A stretch of 63,999 nucleotides of DNA, filler included, from Vicugna vicugna (Eukaryota): the NCBI GenBank assembly GCA_013265495.1. It is 73 parts of 71 records of this genome, joined end to end, with 100 filler letters (N's around TTAATTAATTAA, not from the genome) between each part and the next. Parts side by side here need not be neighbours in the genome. Positions count along the whole stretch, not along the records: positions 1 to 826 come from PNXW01010741.1; positions 927 to 1,574 come from PNXW01010742.1; positions 1,675 to 2,630 come from PNXW01010744.1; positions 2,731 to 3,608 come from PNXW01010745.1; positions 3,709 to 4,342 come from PNXW01010746.1; positions 4,443 to 5,665 come from MU059733.1; positions 5,766 to 6,448 come from MU059734.1; positions 6,549 to 7,344 come from MU059735.1; 65 more parts are not named here. One strand, written 5' to 3'. Under the pieces are notes generated by a model that saw nothing but the letters and a program-made list of their open reading frames with translations, was not told the origin of the DNA and did no database searches. The position numbers and the translations under genes were made by a program. Shown here piece by piece: positions 1-13,234 of this stretch (position 1 is the first letter of the stretch; each line of letters begins with the position of its first letter).

Positions 1-430
1 CATGGCTGCAGGCCGCTTTCCCGAACTCGGGTACAAGCGGCGGCGGCAAAGAGGCTGGGTTCAGGGACTACTAACCCGGGGGGTGGGCACCAGGAACCAT
101 GGCTGCAGGCCACGGACCCACTTCAAGTTCCTAATCGGCCGCCCCACCCGGGCATCACCGACGAACCCCTACCTACGCGCCTCCCCAACTGCGCAGCCCA
201 GGCCTCACCTGCCTGCTCCCTGACCTGCGCGCCCCCACCAACGCCCCCTTACCTGCTCGATAGGCGACAACAAGCGGCGGTCCAGACCCCAGGCCGCGTT
301 CCTCCGGAGGGGCTGGTCCAGGAGCACCCGGCTCCCGCCAGCCCCCACACGCTCTGGACGGAGCGCAGCCGCCTCGCATCCTCGCTTCTGTGCGTCCGCG
401 CATGCGCGCCGCGCCCCTCCTCCTCATGGT
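1..430 (-). promoter_or_regulatory. CpG-island promoter / probable first exon of an unidentified gene
   Basis: GC- and CpG-rich. Palindromic NRF1 motif GCGCATGCGC at 398-407. Minus-strand consensus donor CAG|GTAAG at 255-248 and a second CAG|GTGAG near 211-204. Confidence 0.6.
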
Positions 431-826
431 TGGAGAGCTGACTCTTGTCCCTTCCAAACTGTCTGATAGAACAGGAATGTTCTGGCTGCTGGGGGCAACT
501 TTCAACAATCATCCTTGTGGCTTCTACCTTGCTATCTGTGTTCATTCACCCTATTATTTTTGAGTATTTATTAGAAGACTGATGTTATAAAAAGATGTTT
601 AAAGGACTGAGAACACCTACGTCCCTTGGCTGAAACTTTGAATTTATCTTAAGCTCCAGTGTCTCCATTCTTTATAAAAGGAGAGGATGGAGTGGCATGT
701 CAGTGTCCAATACAAAGCGAGCTTTTGAGCAGGTCTGAAAAGATGAGTTTTAATGTTTACATTTGCTCAATGCATAACCAGCTAACCTTATGAATAGATC
801 ACCCAGGGGACACCATGTGGTATAAT

Positions 827-926
827 NNNNNNNNNNNNNNNNNNNNNNNNNNNNNNNNNNNNNNNNNNNNTTAATTAATTAANNNNNNNNNNNNNNNNNN
901 NNNNNNNNNNNNNNNNNNNNNNNNNN
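827..926. other. Artificial scaffold spacer N44-TTAATTAATTAA-N44 (first of ~72 copies throughout the window)
   Basis: The same 100-bp pattern recurs at every join (e.g. 12-mer at 871, 1619, 2675 ... 63432). TTAATTAATTAA is palindromic and gives stops in all six frames. Confidence 0.98.
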
Positions 927-1574
927 GGGGAGGGAGCTGCAAAGGAGGAATAGCATTAATACACTGGGTCTTCCCAACTCCAGTGGCAAGTTCAGCAGGA
1001 TGGAGAGGGAACCTCTGAGACTCAGATCTGTACAGAATAGACTTTGACTGACAGAACTAAGTTAATTGGACACAAAGTGTCCCAGTGATCCCCAGCCCTA
1101 GACGTGAACCAGCAGGGGTGGGATGGGACAGGCTGTCTGATTTGAGCAGAGGACTTGGGCTGACTGTACAGAGGAAATGTTTGGGGACTGAAATGTTCTG
1201 TGTGCCATGGCTGGGAGAGTATACAAATTAGAACAGTCTGGGTCCCTCATAAAATACAAAAAAAAAAAAAGGGCAAAACAACACTGCTGGTGTGCCCTGC
1301 GGGGAAGGGGAGCTGTAGCCTTTGTGTCTGCAGACCCACAGTGCCATTATTGGAGACTTCTTGGGAGAAGAGGGTCAAGGCTCAGCCATAGCCACCATAT
1401 TTTCTGGTGCATGGTTCCCAGGTAGAGGAGGGGTCAAAACCCGAATCCCTACCTAGGGGCTCCACAACCTCATAGGTGGGACTGAGGTTTGTTTACAGTC
1501 CCAAGAAGAAGGGACCATTACACACAATAGGCTCTTCTAAGACAAATGCACAAGAAGCAGTGTTCTGGAACAGA
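927..1574 (+). mobile_element. Possible LINE-1 5' UTR fragment
   Basis: GGAGGGAGCTGCAAAGGAGGAA and GGGGCTCCACAACCTC resemble artiodactyl L1 5' UTR segments (from memory, not aligned). Confidence 0.35.
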
Positions 1575-2129
1575 NNNNNNNNNNNNNNNNNNNNNNNNNN
1601 NNNNNNNNNNNNNNNNNNTTAATTAATTAANNNNNNNNNNNNNNNNNNNNNNNNNNNNNNNNNNNNNNNNNNNNGAACACTCTAATCCCCTTAGCTGTAG
1701 GTGGTGGAGAATTCTGGTTTTAAGCACCAAGTCCACTGGATCACTCCAGCACTAGCTGTCTCTCTTTCTGAACATCAGGGAGTCACTTGCTTCACTGAGG
1801 TTTCTTTTCTCTTCTGTGAAAGGCTACAGTTGCAACTAACGATGTATAGAATCTCATCATTCACAAGTATAACAAATAGTGAAGGCTTCCCATGGGCCAG
1901 GCACTGTACAGATGAGAAGATAGGGTCCCAGATATATTCATGAGTAGAAGAAGTTTATGCCATAAAGACATTAAATCTTCCTGTTTTGATAGACAGATTC
2001 ATTGTAATTCTGATTAGAATTCCTTCAAGATTTTTCTTGGAATGTAACAAGTGAATTTATGGTCAGGAATAGCCAAGAAATTTCTTTAGAACCACCACTG
2101 GGGAGGTGTGGATGGGTCATTCATTTCCA

Positions 2130-2260
2130 CTGCTCTTTCTGAAGTGATAAAAACGTTCTGGAATAATAATGGTTGCACCACTGTGAATATGCTAAAAGCT
2201 GCTGAATTGTACCATTTAAATGGAAGGACTTCATGGTGTGTGAACTATATCACAATAACG
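2130..2260 (+). mobile_element. Old L1 (L1MB/MC-type) 3' end fragment
   Basis: ATGGTTGCACCACTGTGAATATGCTAAAA...TGAATTGTAC...TGTGAACTATATCACAATAA is a typical ancient L1 terminus. Confidence 0.65.
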
Positions 2261-3708
2261 CTGTTATATGAAAAAATATTTCTTGACAAATATTTTTCTG
2301 TTTATACCACGAGTGTGTCCCACAATTTAAGAAAAATAAAAAACCAAAACAAACCAAACTGTGCCAGGAGCTTTTTAGGACTTCAATATCCCTGGGTCTC
2401 CAAGGCCTCTGGTGGTGCTGTTCCTGTTAACACACACTAGCTGGGCTGGGCTAGTTAGGGATTGTAACTATCTTTTTAAAATCGACGATCACTCCTTTCA
2501 TCCTGGTAGAGGGAAGGAAGGAGGATGTAATGGCCTCATACCTTCAGCTCATTTTTAACAGAACCAAGCGCTGCTTTCACCACGGTAATACCTCTCACTA
2601 TAAAAACACGTGACATCAACAAGCACCGCCNNNNNNNNNNNNNNNNNNNNNNNNNNNNNNNNNNNNNNNNNNNNTTAATTAATTAANNNNNNNNNNNNNN
2701 NNNNNNNNNNNNNNNNNNNNNNNNNNNNNNTATATAAATGGTAAATATTTATGAAATAAAATTAGATTAAAATAAGCAAATTTAAGATATTCTAAAGGGG
2801 AGAATTTTTGTTTTAATTTGTAATTCAGTGCTATAAGTAAAATAAATGTAGTTTTATATACTACTTTAAATTTACACAAGAGAAAATCTTACAGTATTCT
2901 TACAAATGTTTATTTTTGCCATTCTTTCACTCAGAGGTTTTCAGTCCCTAGAAGGAATAAATTTTCTTGTCATCTTTATAATACATACTCTTGTGGCTTC
3001 TGTTAAGTGTTCTAAAATGATGTTGATAAATACACTTAGGCACAAGATCCTGGGTTCAAAAAGCATTACCTCCATTTAGGGGCAAACAAACTATCAAAAT
3101 ACAAAGAAATTAGAGAATAAGTGGTTTGGGGTGGAAAAGACCAAGTAATGCATTTTAGGAAGCAATATGTTCCTCAGTCCTGAAACATTTGTCATTGTTA
3201 GTAAAATACGACATTTTAAGGCAAGTGTTTTGTTCACTAATTGTAAATAATAGCCATGTTCTTTATCAGTAAACTTTAGTAAATCAAGTTTAACCAAAAT
3301 TTATATTCTTAAATAAGAAATAAAATCCATTAAACATAAACCAAATTCAAAATGAGAGACAAAATTTTTGAATAAAAATATCTACACTCAAGCTACAATG
3401 TAAATTTCTCATTCAGTATGTGTATATTCCATTCTAAATAAACATTAGCAACCTGAATTCATTGCATATTATAAGTATTATAAACTATAGTTAAGAGGAA
3501 TTTATTATTTAACATATGCAAAGTAATATATGTGATACCATCCCTTTAAAAACAGAGAAGAACTCAGAAATAACAGTCTCAAAAACTGTAGGAAATTTAT
3601 TGACAGATNNNNNNNNNNNNNNNNNNNNNNNNNNNNNNNNNNNNNNNNNNNNTTAATTAATTAANNNNNNNNNNNNNNNNNNNNNNNNNNNNNNNNNNNN
3701 NNNNNNNN

Positions 3709-4342
3709 TCTGTATTCTATATTCTATATTCTGTATTCTGCATTCCATATTGTGAATTTTGGGTTCTGTATTCCGTATACTCTTTTCTATAATCTGTGTT
3801 CTACATTCTATATTATATTTTCTTTATTCTGAATTCTGTATTCTATATTGTATATTCTGTGTTCTGCATTCCATATTGTAAGTACTCGGTTCTGCATTCT
3901 GTATTCTGTATTCAAATTTCCGTGTTCTACATTCTATATCCTATATTCGATATTCTAAATTCTATATTCTATATTCTGTGTTCTGAATCCCATGTTCTAT
4001 ATTCTGGATTCTGTATTCTGAAATCTATATTCCATATACTCTGTTCTACATTCTCTATTCTATTTTCTATATTCTGCATTATTTATTCTGTATTCTATAG
4101 TTTGTGTTCTGAATTCCATGTTCAAATCTCTGGGTTTTTCATTCTGTATCCTATATTCTATAATCTGTATCCTATATATTCTGTATTCTGTATTCTACAT
4201 TCTATATTATGTTTTCTATATCCTATATACTAAATTCTGTGTTCTGAATTCCATGATCAAATTCATTGTTATGTATTCTGTATTCTATATTCTCTATTCT
4301 GTCTTCTACATTCTGTATTCTACATTCTATATTCTGTTTTCT
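3709..4342 (+). repeat. SatE heptamer satellite (TTCTATA/TTCTGTA variants)
   Basis: Degenerate 7-bp periodicity anchored on TTC. Confidence 0.92.
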
Positions 4343-4442
4343 NNNNNNNNNNNNNNNNNNNNNNNNNNNNNNNNNNNNNNNNNNNNTTAATTAATTAANN
4401 NNNNNNNNNNNNNNNNNNNNNNNNNNNNNNNNNNNNNNNNNN

Positions 4443-5665
4443 TGAAAGCCGTCCTTCAGCTAGCTTGAAGGGAACACAAAGATTCTTGTCAGTTGCAAAC
4501 CCCACTCCATACATATATATTTGGAGGAACAATCTCCAACTCGGTTTTACAGTGCAAACCTTAGGAATTTCAAACCGGCACTAGGAAACAGACTGAAAAA
4601 CCAGAGTAAATGTTTCTCCTTGAATCCGTTCCCTTTGTGCTGGATGAACTAACGTCTCTCCACATGCTCAGTTCTGAGAGACAAGTGTGTGTGAAAGCCG
4701 TCCTTCAGCTAGCTTGAAGGGAACACAAAGTTTCTTGTCAGTTGCAAACTCTATTGATACATATATATGGGGATGAAAAAACTCCAACCCCGTTTTAGAG
4801 TGCAAACCGCAGGAACTTCAAACCGGATCTAGGAAGCAGACTGAGAAACCAGTGTAAGTGTTTCTCCTGCAACCCGTTCCCTTTGTGCTGGATGAACGAA
4901 CGTCTCTCCACATGCTCAGTTGTGAGAGATAAGTGTGTGTGAAAGCCGTCCTTCACCTAGCNNNNNNNNNNNNNNNNNNNNNNNNNNNNNNNNNNNNNNN
5001 NNNNNNNNNNNNNNNNNNNNNNNNNNNNNNNNNNNNNNNNNNNNNNNNNNNNNNNNNNNNNNNNNNNNNNNNNNNNNNNNNNNNNNNNNNNNNNNNNNNN
5101 NNNNNNNNNNNNNNNNNNNNNNNNNNNNNNNNNNNNNNNNNNNNNNNNNNNNNNNNNNNNNNNNNNNNNNNNNNNNNNNNNNNNNNNNNNNNNNNNNNNN
5201 NNNNNNNNNNNNNNNNNNNNNNNNNNNNNNNNNNNNNNNNNNNNNNNNNNNNNNNNNNNNNNNNNNNNNNNNNNNNNNNNNNNNNNNNNNNNNNNNNNNN
5301 NNNNNNNNNNNNNNNNNNNNNNNNNNNNNNNNNNNNNNNNNNNNNNNNNNNNNNNNNNNNNNNNNNNNNNNNNNNNNNNNNNNNNNNNNNNNNNNNNNNN
5401 NNNNNNNNNNNNNNNNNNNNNNNNNNNNNNNNNNNNNNNNNNNNNNNNNNNNNNNNNNNNNNNNNNNNNNNNNNNNNNNNNNNNNNNNNNNNNNNNNNNN
5501 NNNNNNNNNNNNNNNNNNNAGCTCCAAGTTTACAGTGCAAAAAGCAGGAACTTCAAACCGGCACTAGGAAGCCGACTGAGAAATCAGAGTAAGTGTTTCT
5601 CCTGCAACCTTTTCCATTTCTGCTGGATGAAAGATCTTCTCTCCACATGCTCAGTTCCGAGGGAT
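4443..5665 (+). repeat. SatA, ~248-bp tandem satellite
   Basis: TGAAAGCCGTCCTTCA recurs at 4443, 4692 and 4940 (249 and 248 bp apart). Confidence 0.95.
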
Positions 5666-5765
5666 NNNNNNNNNNNNNNNNNNNNNNNNNNNNNNNNNNN
5701 NNNNNNNNNTTAATTAATTAANNNNNNNNNNNNNNNNNNNNNNNNNNNNNNNNNNNNNNNNNNNN

Positions 5766-6448
5766 GGCGGCCGTGGAGAGGAAGCCCGGGAGGAGAGGAC
5801 TCGCCGGCGGTAGAGGGGAAGTGGACGTCGGCCGCGGACTGAGGGGATCCCTTCTGAGCCAAGTGGCGGCAGGGGCACACCTGGCCCTGGACAGCTGTGG
5901 CCGGGGCGCCGGGGCAGGTGGCGCGGGCAGAGGGGCCTGGCCCGAGCAATTCAGCAGAACACACGCTGACTGGCGCCATGGGGGGCTGTGACAAGCCGAC
6001 CGCCCTCCCGCAGCCGAATGACCCCTTTCCCAAGATCCCCCCACCTTGCACTTCCACAGCCAGAGGCCCNNNNNNNNNNNNNNNNNNNNNNCGACAGGGC
6101 TGTGAAGCCTTTGGGGCCGATCCTCCGCTCGGAGCTGGAGCTTCCAACCCGCGGTCCAGCTGGCAGCGACTGCGCAGGAGCAGGAGGGCCAGCGATCCGC
6201 TCTGTATCATGAGAGAGAAGGTGGGGAACTGAGGAAGGGAGAATAATGTAGGAGGAGGGGAGGAGGGGAATACTGGAGGGAGACAGATGGACAGGAAGAG
6301 CAGAGAGAAGGCAGGTATCTGGAGTTGGGAGGGGAGCTGCAGAGATGGGGAGAAACCTTTTTACCTCTGGGGCACCACAAAGGAGGCAGCAGTCCTGCCT
6401 ATACACCTTTCTTTAACCCTTCAATGCCCACAGCTCATATTTTAAGTC
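5766..6448 (-). promoter_or_regulatory. GC/CpG-rich multicopy element, paralogous to 47127-47865
   Basis: The reverse complement aligns by eye with 47288-47865. No recognisable protein. Confidence 0.55.
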
Positions 6449-6548
6449 NNNNNNNNNNNNNNNNNNNNNNNNNNNNNNNNNNNNNNNNNNNNTTAATTAA
6501 TTAANNNNNNNNNNNNNNNNNNNNNNNNNNNNNNNNNNNNNNNNNNNN

Positions 6549-7344
6549 GGATTCGACAAACATGCATTCCTGAGTTGAGAGCATCTGGATTACGGATCTT
6601 TCATCCTCTATATACGGAATATTTTCATCTAGACACGTGTATAAATTTTCACAAGCTTTCACTAACACCAGGTTTGAATTCGTGCATTTTTCACTGAAAA
6701 ATACTTCAGGAGCGATTTCCACCTAACAGATATGTAATTTACATGAATTCCATCAACATGGCTTTCCGGGTTCCGTACTTGCTACATGCATGATGGATTC
6801 GNNNNNNNNNNNNNNNNNNNNNNNNNNNNNNNNNNNNNNNNNNNNNNNNNNNNNNNNNNNNNNNNNNNNNNNNNNNNNNNNNNNNNNNNNNNNNNNNNNN
6901 NNNNNNNNNNNNNNNNNNNNNNNNNNNNNNNNNNNNNNNNNNNNNNNNNNNNNNNNNNNNNNNNNNNNNNNNNNNNNNNNNNNNNNNNNNNNNNNNNNNN
7001 NNNNNNNNNNNNNNNNNNNNNNNNNNNNNNNNNNNNNNNNNNNNNNNNNNNNNNNNNNNNNNNNNNNNNNNNNNNNNNNNNNNNNNNNNNNNNNNNNNNN
7101 NNNNNNNNNNNNNNNNNNNNNNNNNNNNNNNNNNNNNNNNNNNNNNNNNNNNNNNNNNNNNNNNNNNNNNNNNNNNNNNNNNNNNNNNNNNNNNNNNNNN
7201 NNNNNNNNNNNNNNNNNNNNNNNNNNNNNNNNNNNNNNNNNNNNNNNNNNNNNNNNNNNNNNNNNNNNNNNNNNNNNNNNNTCGACAAACAGGCATTCAT
7301 GAGTTGAGGGCATCTGGATTACTAATCTTTCATCCTGTATAAAA
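6549..7344 (-). repeat. SatB satellite
   Basis: Shares SatB motifs (CATGCATTCCTGAGTTGAGAGCAT, TCTAGACACGTGT). Confidence 0.92.
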
Positions 7345-7562
7345 NNNNNNNNNNNNNNNNNNNNNNNNNNNNNNNNNNNNNNNNNNNNTTAATTAATTAA
7401 NNNNNNNNNNNNNNNNNNNNNNNNNNNNNNNNNNNNNNNNNNNNAATGGACAGAATCTCATATTTAGGAAGGTCATAAAAATGGGAATTAGATAAATGTA
7501 TAATTAAGGTGAATTGTAAATTGTTGTTAAATAGATATTATTCATATTTTTTTCTCTTTTAG

Positions 7563-7778
<216 letters not shown>

Positions 7779-8544
7779 TGATATGTTGATTTTAACTTAA
7801 AGTGATTGAATAAAAATCAGTTATTTCTGTTGGAGGGCACACAGATCTATATATATTACTTGATCTGGCAGTAGTATTTTAAATCTTTAGGAGTGGTGTT
7901 CCAGGTGGTACATAGTCTAAAAACAAATAAGAATAGTTTCTATCTCTCTCTCTTTTTTTTTTAAAAAAAGCGTTCCAGGTGGTACATAGTCTAAAATCAA
8001 ATAAGAATAGTCTGTCTCTCTCTTTTTTTTTTTTTGCAACTTGTGAGTGTCATTTGTTTGCTTTAATGATGCATTAAACTCCAGAGATTTCTTTCTTTAA
8101 CTTTAATCGTTTCTAATACAGCTCAGAAATTAGAAGTGAGGNNNNNNNNNNNNNNNNNNNNNNNNNNNNNNNNNNNNNNNNNNNNTTAATTAATTAANNN
8201 NNNNNNNNNNNNNNNNNNNNNNNNNNNNNNNNNNNNNNNNNGTATCACTCTAGTTAATCGGTATTATAAGGAAGATAGTAAAATGTTTAAGGCATGAACA
8301 TATCATACCAGAAAAAGGAAGAAGTTAGTCGAATCTGTTTCATGTCTGGTATACCTGGTAATAAAAAAAAAAAGAAAGAAAGATTAATTGTGTATGGGAA
8401 GGTGTAGGGGGAGCAGTTTTGTTTCATTTTTAGTACTTGAAATTTTATTTCACTCCAAATGACTCAACATTTGAATTACTGTACTCATGGACTTTCACTA
8501 AGATAAAAGATATGTCAGTATTATCCAAACTTGTCTGATCATTA

Positions 8545-8716
8545 GAATGATATATATGGAAGGATAAATTGGGAGTTTGGGATCTTCAGATACTAACTAC
8601 TATATGTAAAATAGATAAACAACAAGGTCCTACTGTATAGCACAAGGAACTATATTAAATGTCTAGTATTAATAGTGTATAATGAAAAAGAATATGAAAA
8701 GGAATATATATATATA
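8545..8716 (+). mobile_element. L1 3' UTR fragment (cetartiodactyl type)
   Basis: GGATAAATTGGGAGTTTGGGAT...AAATAGATAAACAACAAGGTCCTACTGTATAGCACA. Confidence 0.85.
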
Positions 8717-8816
8717 NNNNNNNNNNNNNNNNNNNNNNNNNNNNNNNNNNNNNNNNNNNNTTAATTAATTAANNNNNNNNNNNNNNNNNNNNNNNNNNNN
8801 NNNNNNNNNNNNNNNN

Positions 8817-9020
8817 ATATACCTGTCAGTATCTACAAATTTCAAACTCCCAGTCTATCTCCCCACCCCCCGCAACCACAAGTTTGTATTCTATGTCTGT
8901 GAGTCTGTTTCTGTTTTGTATTTGTGTTCATTTGTCATTTTCTTTTCTTTTTTTCTCAGATTCCACATATGAGTGATCTCATAAGGTATTTTTCTTTCTC
9001 TTTCTGGCTTACTTCATTAT
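8817..9020 (-). mobile_element. L1 3' UTR fragment
   Basis: TGTGAGTCTGTTTCTGTTTTGTA...AGATTCCACATATGAGTGAT...TCTGGCTTACTTCA. Confidence 0.85.
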
Positions 9021-9900
9021 GAATTTTCAAAATGTATAATTTTATTCTCATCTCAAATCCCTCCATCTTACAGAAGATTTCTTCTGGAGTGCCCCACCAG
9101 TATCTCAAACCTAGTACTTCCCAAACTCAGTTCACCATCACTCAATTGTGAGATGAGATTTCCCTTCAATTCTTTTATCATGCGCAATGCAATCACCATT
9201 GCTCCACCCTCCAACAATCTGAAGTTATCCTCGAAATTGGCCAAGAGACAGTTACAGTGTGGTGTAGTTTAAAAGCCCCGTGTACACATTGCTCAGATAT
9301 GCTTCTCTCCTTAATCTGTTTTTATAATACTATCTATTTTATTTTATATTGCAAAATTTTACTAGGATGGGCCATGATACAGAGTTGTCATGTAACAATT
9401 TCCAGCATCACAGATATTGATTACACTAATATTTTTCGGGGTGGGGAAGATACAGAATTTTCTGGAAATAGAATAAATAAAAAAATTGACTGGGGAGGAG
9501 AAGAGACCCTGAGAAAGGTGAATAGATTCCTTTTCCAGAAGTCTAAAGTCAGGGTGATTGTCTTAGTTACAGCCTGAATTAATCTTCTTTTAATTGCAGT
9601 TGTAGGCTCAGTATTTAAATAAGAATCTTCTGCCCAAGGTTGAATCCGCAGTATCAGTGAAGGACATTAAAGCTATTAACAGTGCCTACGTATTCTTGTA
9701 TATTAATTTCTTCATTCTCCAAGTCCTAGATTTTATTTATTTATATTTTAATTAGCTTTTCCTTTTGCTGTGAGAACTTTTAACATCTGTTCTCTCTTAG
9801 NNNNNNNNNNNNNNNNNNNNNNNNNNNNNNNNNNNNNNNNNNNNTTAATTAATTAANNNNNNNNNNNNNNNNNNNNNNNNNNNNNNNNNNNNNNNNNNNN

Positions 9901-10375
9901 GAACACAAATTTTCTATTCAGATGCAAACTCCATTCCTTACATATATATGGGGAGGAATACACCCTATCTCGGTTTTACACTGCAAACCGCAGGAACTAC
10001 AAACCGGCACTAGGAAACAGACTGAGAAACCAGAGTAAGTGTTTCTCCTGCAACCCGTTCCCATTGTGCTAGATGAACGAACGTCTATCCACATGCTCAG
10101 TTCTGAGAGATATGTGTGTGTGAAAGCCGTCCTTCACCTAGCTTGAGATGAACACAAAGTTTCTTTTAAGTTGCAAACTCCACACCATACATATATATGG
10201 GGAGTTACAAGCTCCAACTCGGTTTTACAGTGCAAACCGCAGGAACTTCAAACCGGCACTAGGAAACAGACTGAGAATCCAGAATAAGTGTTTCTCCTGC
10301 AACCCGTTCCCTTTGTGCTGGATGAACGAATGTCTCTCCAAATGCTCAGTTCTAAGAGATAAGTGTGTGTGAAAG
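9901..10375 (+). repeat. SatA satellite (two monomers, ending at an L1 junction)
   Basis: SatA motifs, ending GTGTGTGTGAAAG. Confidence 0.93.
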
Positions 10376-10678
10376 AAGCAAAGATCATACATAATGCAGA
10401 AGCACTGAATTATTCCCTCCCAAAATCAACATTGTACTAGAGGTTCTAGTCAAATCAATCAGACAAAGAAAATAAAGCCTCTAGTTTAGAAAGAAAGAAA
10501 TAAAACTGTTTTGATTCCAGATGACATGATATTATATATTGAAATCACAAGGAATCCACAAAGGAAAAATAGAGAAAAGAAAAAAAATCCTCTTAGTATT
10601 AATAACCCAGTCTGACCAAAATTGTAAGACACTAATGAATATATGAAAAGTAATTACATTTCTATTCAACAGCAATGA
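10376..10678 (+). mobile_element. Ancient L1 ORF2 (RT region) fragment
   Basis: CAACATTGTACTAGAGGTTCTAG...AATCAGACAAAG...GATGACATGAT are decayed L1 RT motifs. Confidence 0.75.
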
Positions 10679-10778
10679 NNNNNNNNNNNNNNNNNNNNNN
10701 NNNNNNNNNNNNNNNNNNNNNNTTAATTAATTAANNNNNNNNNNNNNNNNNNNNNNNNNNNNNNNNNNNNNNNNNNNN

Positions 10779-11986
10779 TCTGAGTTGTGAACATGCGCAT
10801 GACTGATGTTTCAACAACCAAAAGTTACCTACGCACTCTGTAATATTTACTTTGACGTCGCAGCTTCTTCCTATCACCAGTTGTAAGAATCACACTTTGA
10901 TCCAACAAAAAAACTCTTGGAGCGAATATTACCCTAGAGATATGTAATTTGAATAAATTCCATCTATATTATATTCCGTGTACCTTTCATGCTACATACA
11001 TGACCGATTCGACAAACATGCATTCCTGAGTTGAGAGCATGTGGATTACTAATGTTTCATCCTCTATATAAGGAATATTTTCATCTAGACACGTGTACAC
11101 ATTTTCACAAGCTTTCCCTAANNNNNNNNNNNNNNNNNNNNNNNNNNNNNNNNNNNNNNNNNNNNNNNNNNNNNNNNNNNNNNNNNNNNNNNNNNNNNNN
11201 NNNNNNNNNNNNNNNNNNNNNNNNNNNNNNNNNNNNNNNNNNNNNNNNNNNNNNNNNNNNNNNNNNNNNNNNNNNNNNNNNNNNNNNNNNNNNNNNNNNN
11301 NNNNNNNNNNNNNNNNNNNNNNNNNNNNNNNNNNNNNNNNNNNNNNNNNNNNNNNNNNNNNNNNNNNNNNNNNNNNNNNNNNNNNNNNNNNNNNNNNAAA
11401 ACACTCTTTGAACGAATTCTCACCAATACACATGTAATTTACATTGTTTACATAACCATGGCATTCAGTATTACGAACATGTTTCATGCATCACGGATTC
11501 CTCAAACATGCAGTTCTGAGTTGTGAACATGCGCATGAATGATATTTCAACATCCAAACAAGTTACCTACGCACTTTGAAATATTTACTTAGACTTCGCA
11601 ACATATTCCTATCACCAGTTTTAAGAATCACACTTTGATCCCACAAAAACACTCTTGGAGCGAATTCTACCCTAGAGATATGTAATTTGAATAAATTCCA
11701 TCTACATGATATTCCGTGATCCTTACNNNNNNNNNNNNNNNNNNNNNNNNNNNNNNNNNNNNNNNNNNNNNNNNNNNNNNNNNNNNNNNNNNNNNNNNNN
11801 NNNNNNNNNNNNTATAAAAGGAATATATTCATCTAGACACGTGTACACATTTTCACAAGCTTTCCCTAACACCAGGTTCGAATTCGTGCATTTTTCACAG
11901 AAAAATAGTTCTGGAGCGAATTCCACATAACAGATACGTTTTTTACATGAATTCCAACAACATGGCATTCCGGGTTCTGTACATGC
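10779..11986 (-). repeat. SatB satellite
   Basis: All three SatB monomer types are present. Confidence 0.93.
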
Positions 11987-12086
11987 NNNNNNNNNNNNNN
12001 NNNNNNNNNNNNNNNNNNNNNNNNNNNNNNTTAATTAATTAANNNNNNNNNNNNNNNNNNNNNNNNNNNNNNNNNNNNNNNNNNNN

Positions 12087-13134
12087 CTCCCCAAGGTCAG
12101 GGAAGTTATTTCCCAGACTTCCCCTAACAGGAAACACCTGTGAATGAAGAGAGCTTCGTGGAGATATCTCTCGAGCTCCCAAACTCACTGACCATGGTTC
12201 CGGAATCCTGAGCGTGGGGAGGTTCCACCAACGGTCGGAATCGCTTTGGCTCTAACGGAATGCTAAAGCTCGTCTCCCCTGAGGGTTTTCCTAATGTCTC
12301 TGTGCCAGGGAATGAAGGGGGGTTTGCAGGATATCCCAGTGACAGAGGCTGCCTCCCCAAGGTCAGGGAAGTTATTTCCCAGACTTCCCCTAACAGGGAA
12401 CACCTGTGAATGAAGAGAGCTGCGTGGAGATATCTCTCGAGCTCCCAAACTCACTGACCATGATTCCGGAATCCTGAGCGTGGGGAGGTTCCACCAACGG
12501 TCGGAATCGCTTTGGCTCTAACGGAATGCTAAAGCTCGTCTCCCCTGAGGGTTTTCCTAATGTCTCTGTGCCAGGGAATGAAGGGGGGTTTGCAGGATAT
12601 CCCAGTGACAGAGGCTGCCTCCCCAAGTTCAGGGAAGTTATTTCTCGGACTTCCCCGAACAGGGAACANNNNNNNNNNNNNNNNNNNNNNNNNNNNNNNN
12701 NNNNNNNNNNNNNNNNNNNNNNNNNNNNNNNNNNNNNNNNNNNNNNNNNNNNNNNNNNNNNNNNNNNNNNNNNNNNNNNNNNNNNNNNNNNNNNNNNNNN
12801 NNNNNNNNNNNNNNNNNNNNNNNNNNNNNNNNNNNNNNNNNNNNNNNNNNNNNNNNNNNNNNNNNNNNNNNNNNNNNNNNNNNNNNNNNNNNNNNNNNNN
12901 NNNNNNNNNNNNNNNNNNNNNNNNNNNNNNNNNNNNNNNNNNNNNNNNNNNNNTGCGTGGAGTTGTCTCTCGATCTCCCCCACGCACTGTCAATGGTTCC
13001 GGAATCCTGAGCTTGGGGAGGTTCCACCAAAGGTCGGAAGCACATGGAATCAAACTGAATGCCTAAGCTCGACTCCCCTGAGTGTTTTTCTAATTTCTAT
13101 GTGCCAGGGAATGTTAGGGGTGTTTGCAGGATAT
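12087..13134 (-). repeat. SatC, 266-267-bp CpG-rich satellite
   Basis: CTCCCCAAGGTCAGGGAAG at 12087 and 12353 (266 bp apart); near-identical monomers. Confidence 0.95.
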
Positions 13135-13234
13135 NNNNNNNNNNNNNNNNNNNNNNNNNNNNNNNNNNNNNNNNNNNNTTAATTAATTAANNNNNNNNNN
13201 NNNNNNNNNNNNNNNNNNNNNNNNNNNNNNNNNN

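Noticed and set aside
5710..6406. GC-rich ORFs in the 5766 and 47127 scaffolds
   Set aside because: Several frames are open owing to high GC. Frames are not preserved between paralogs (indels, stops) and no domain is recognised.
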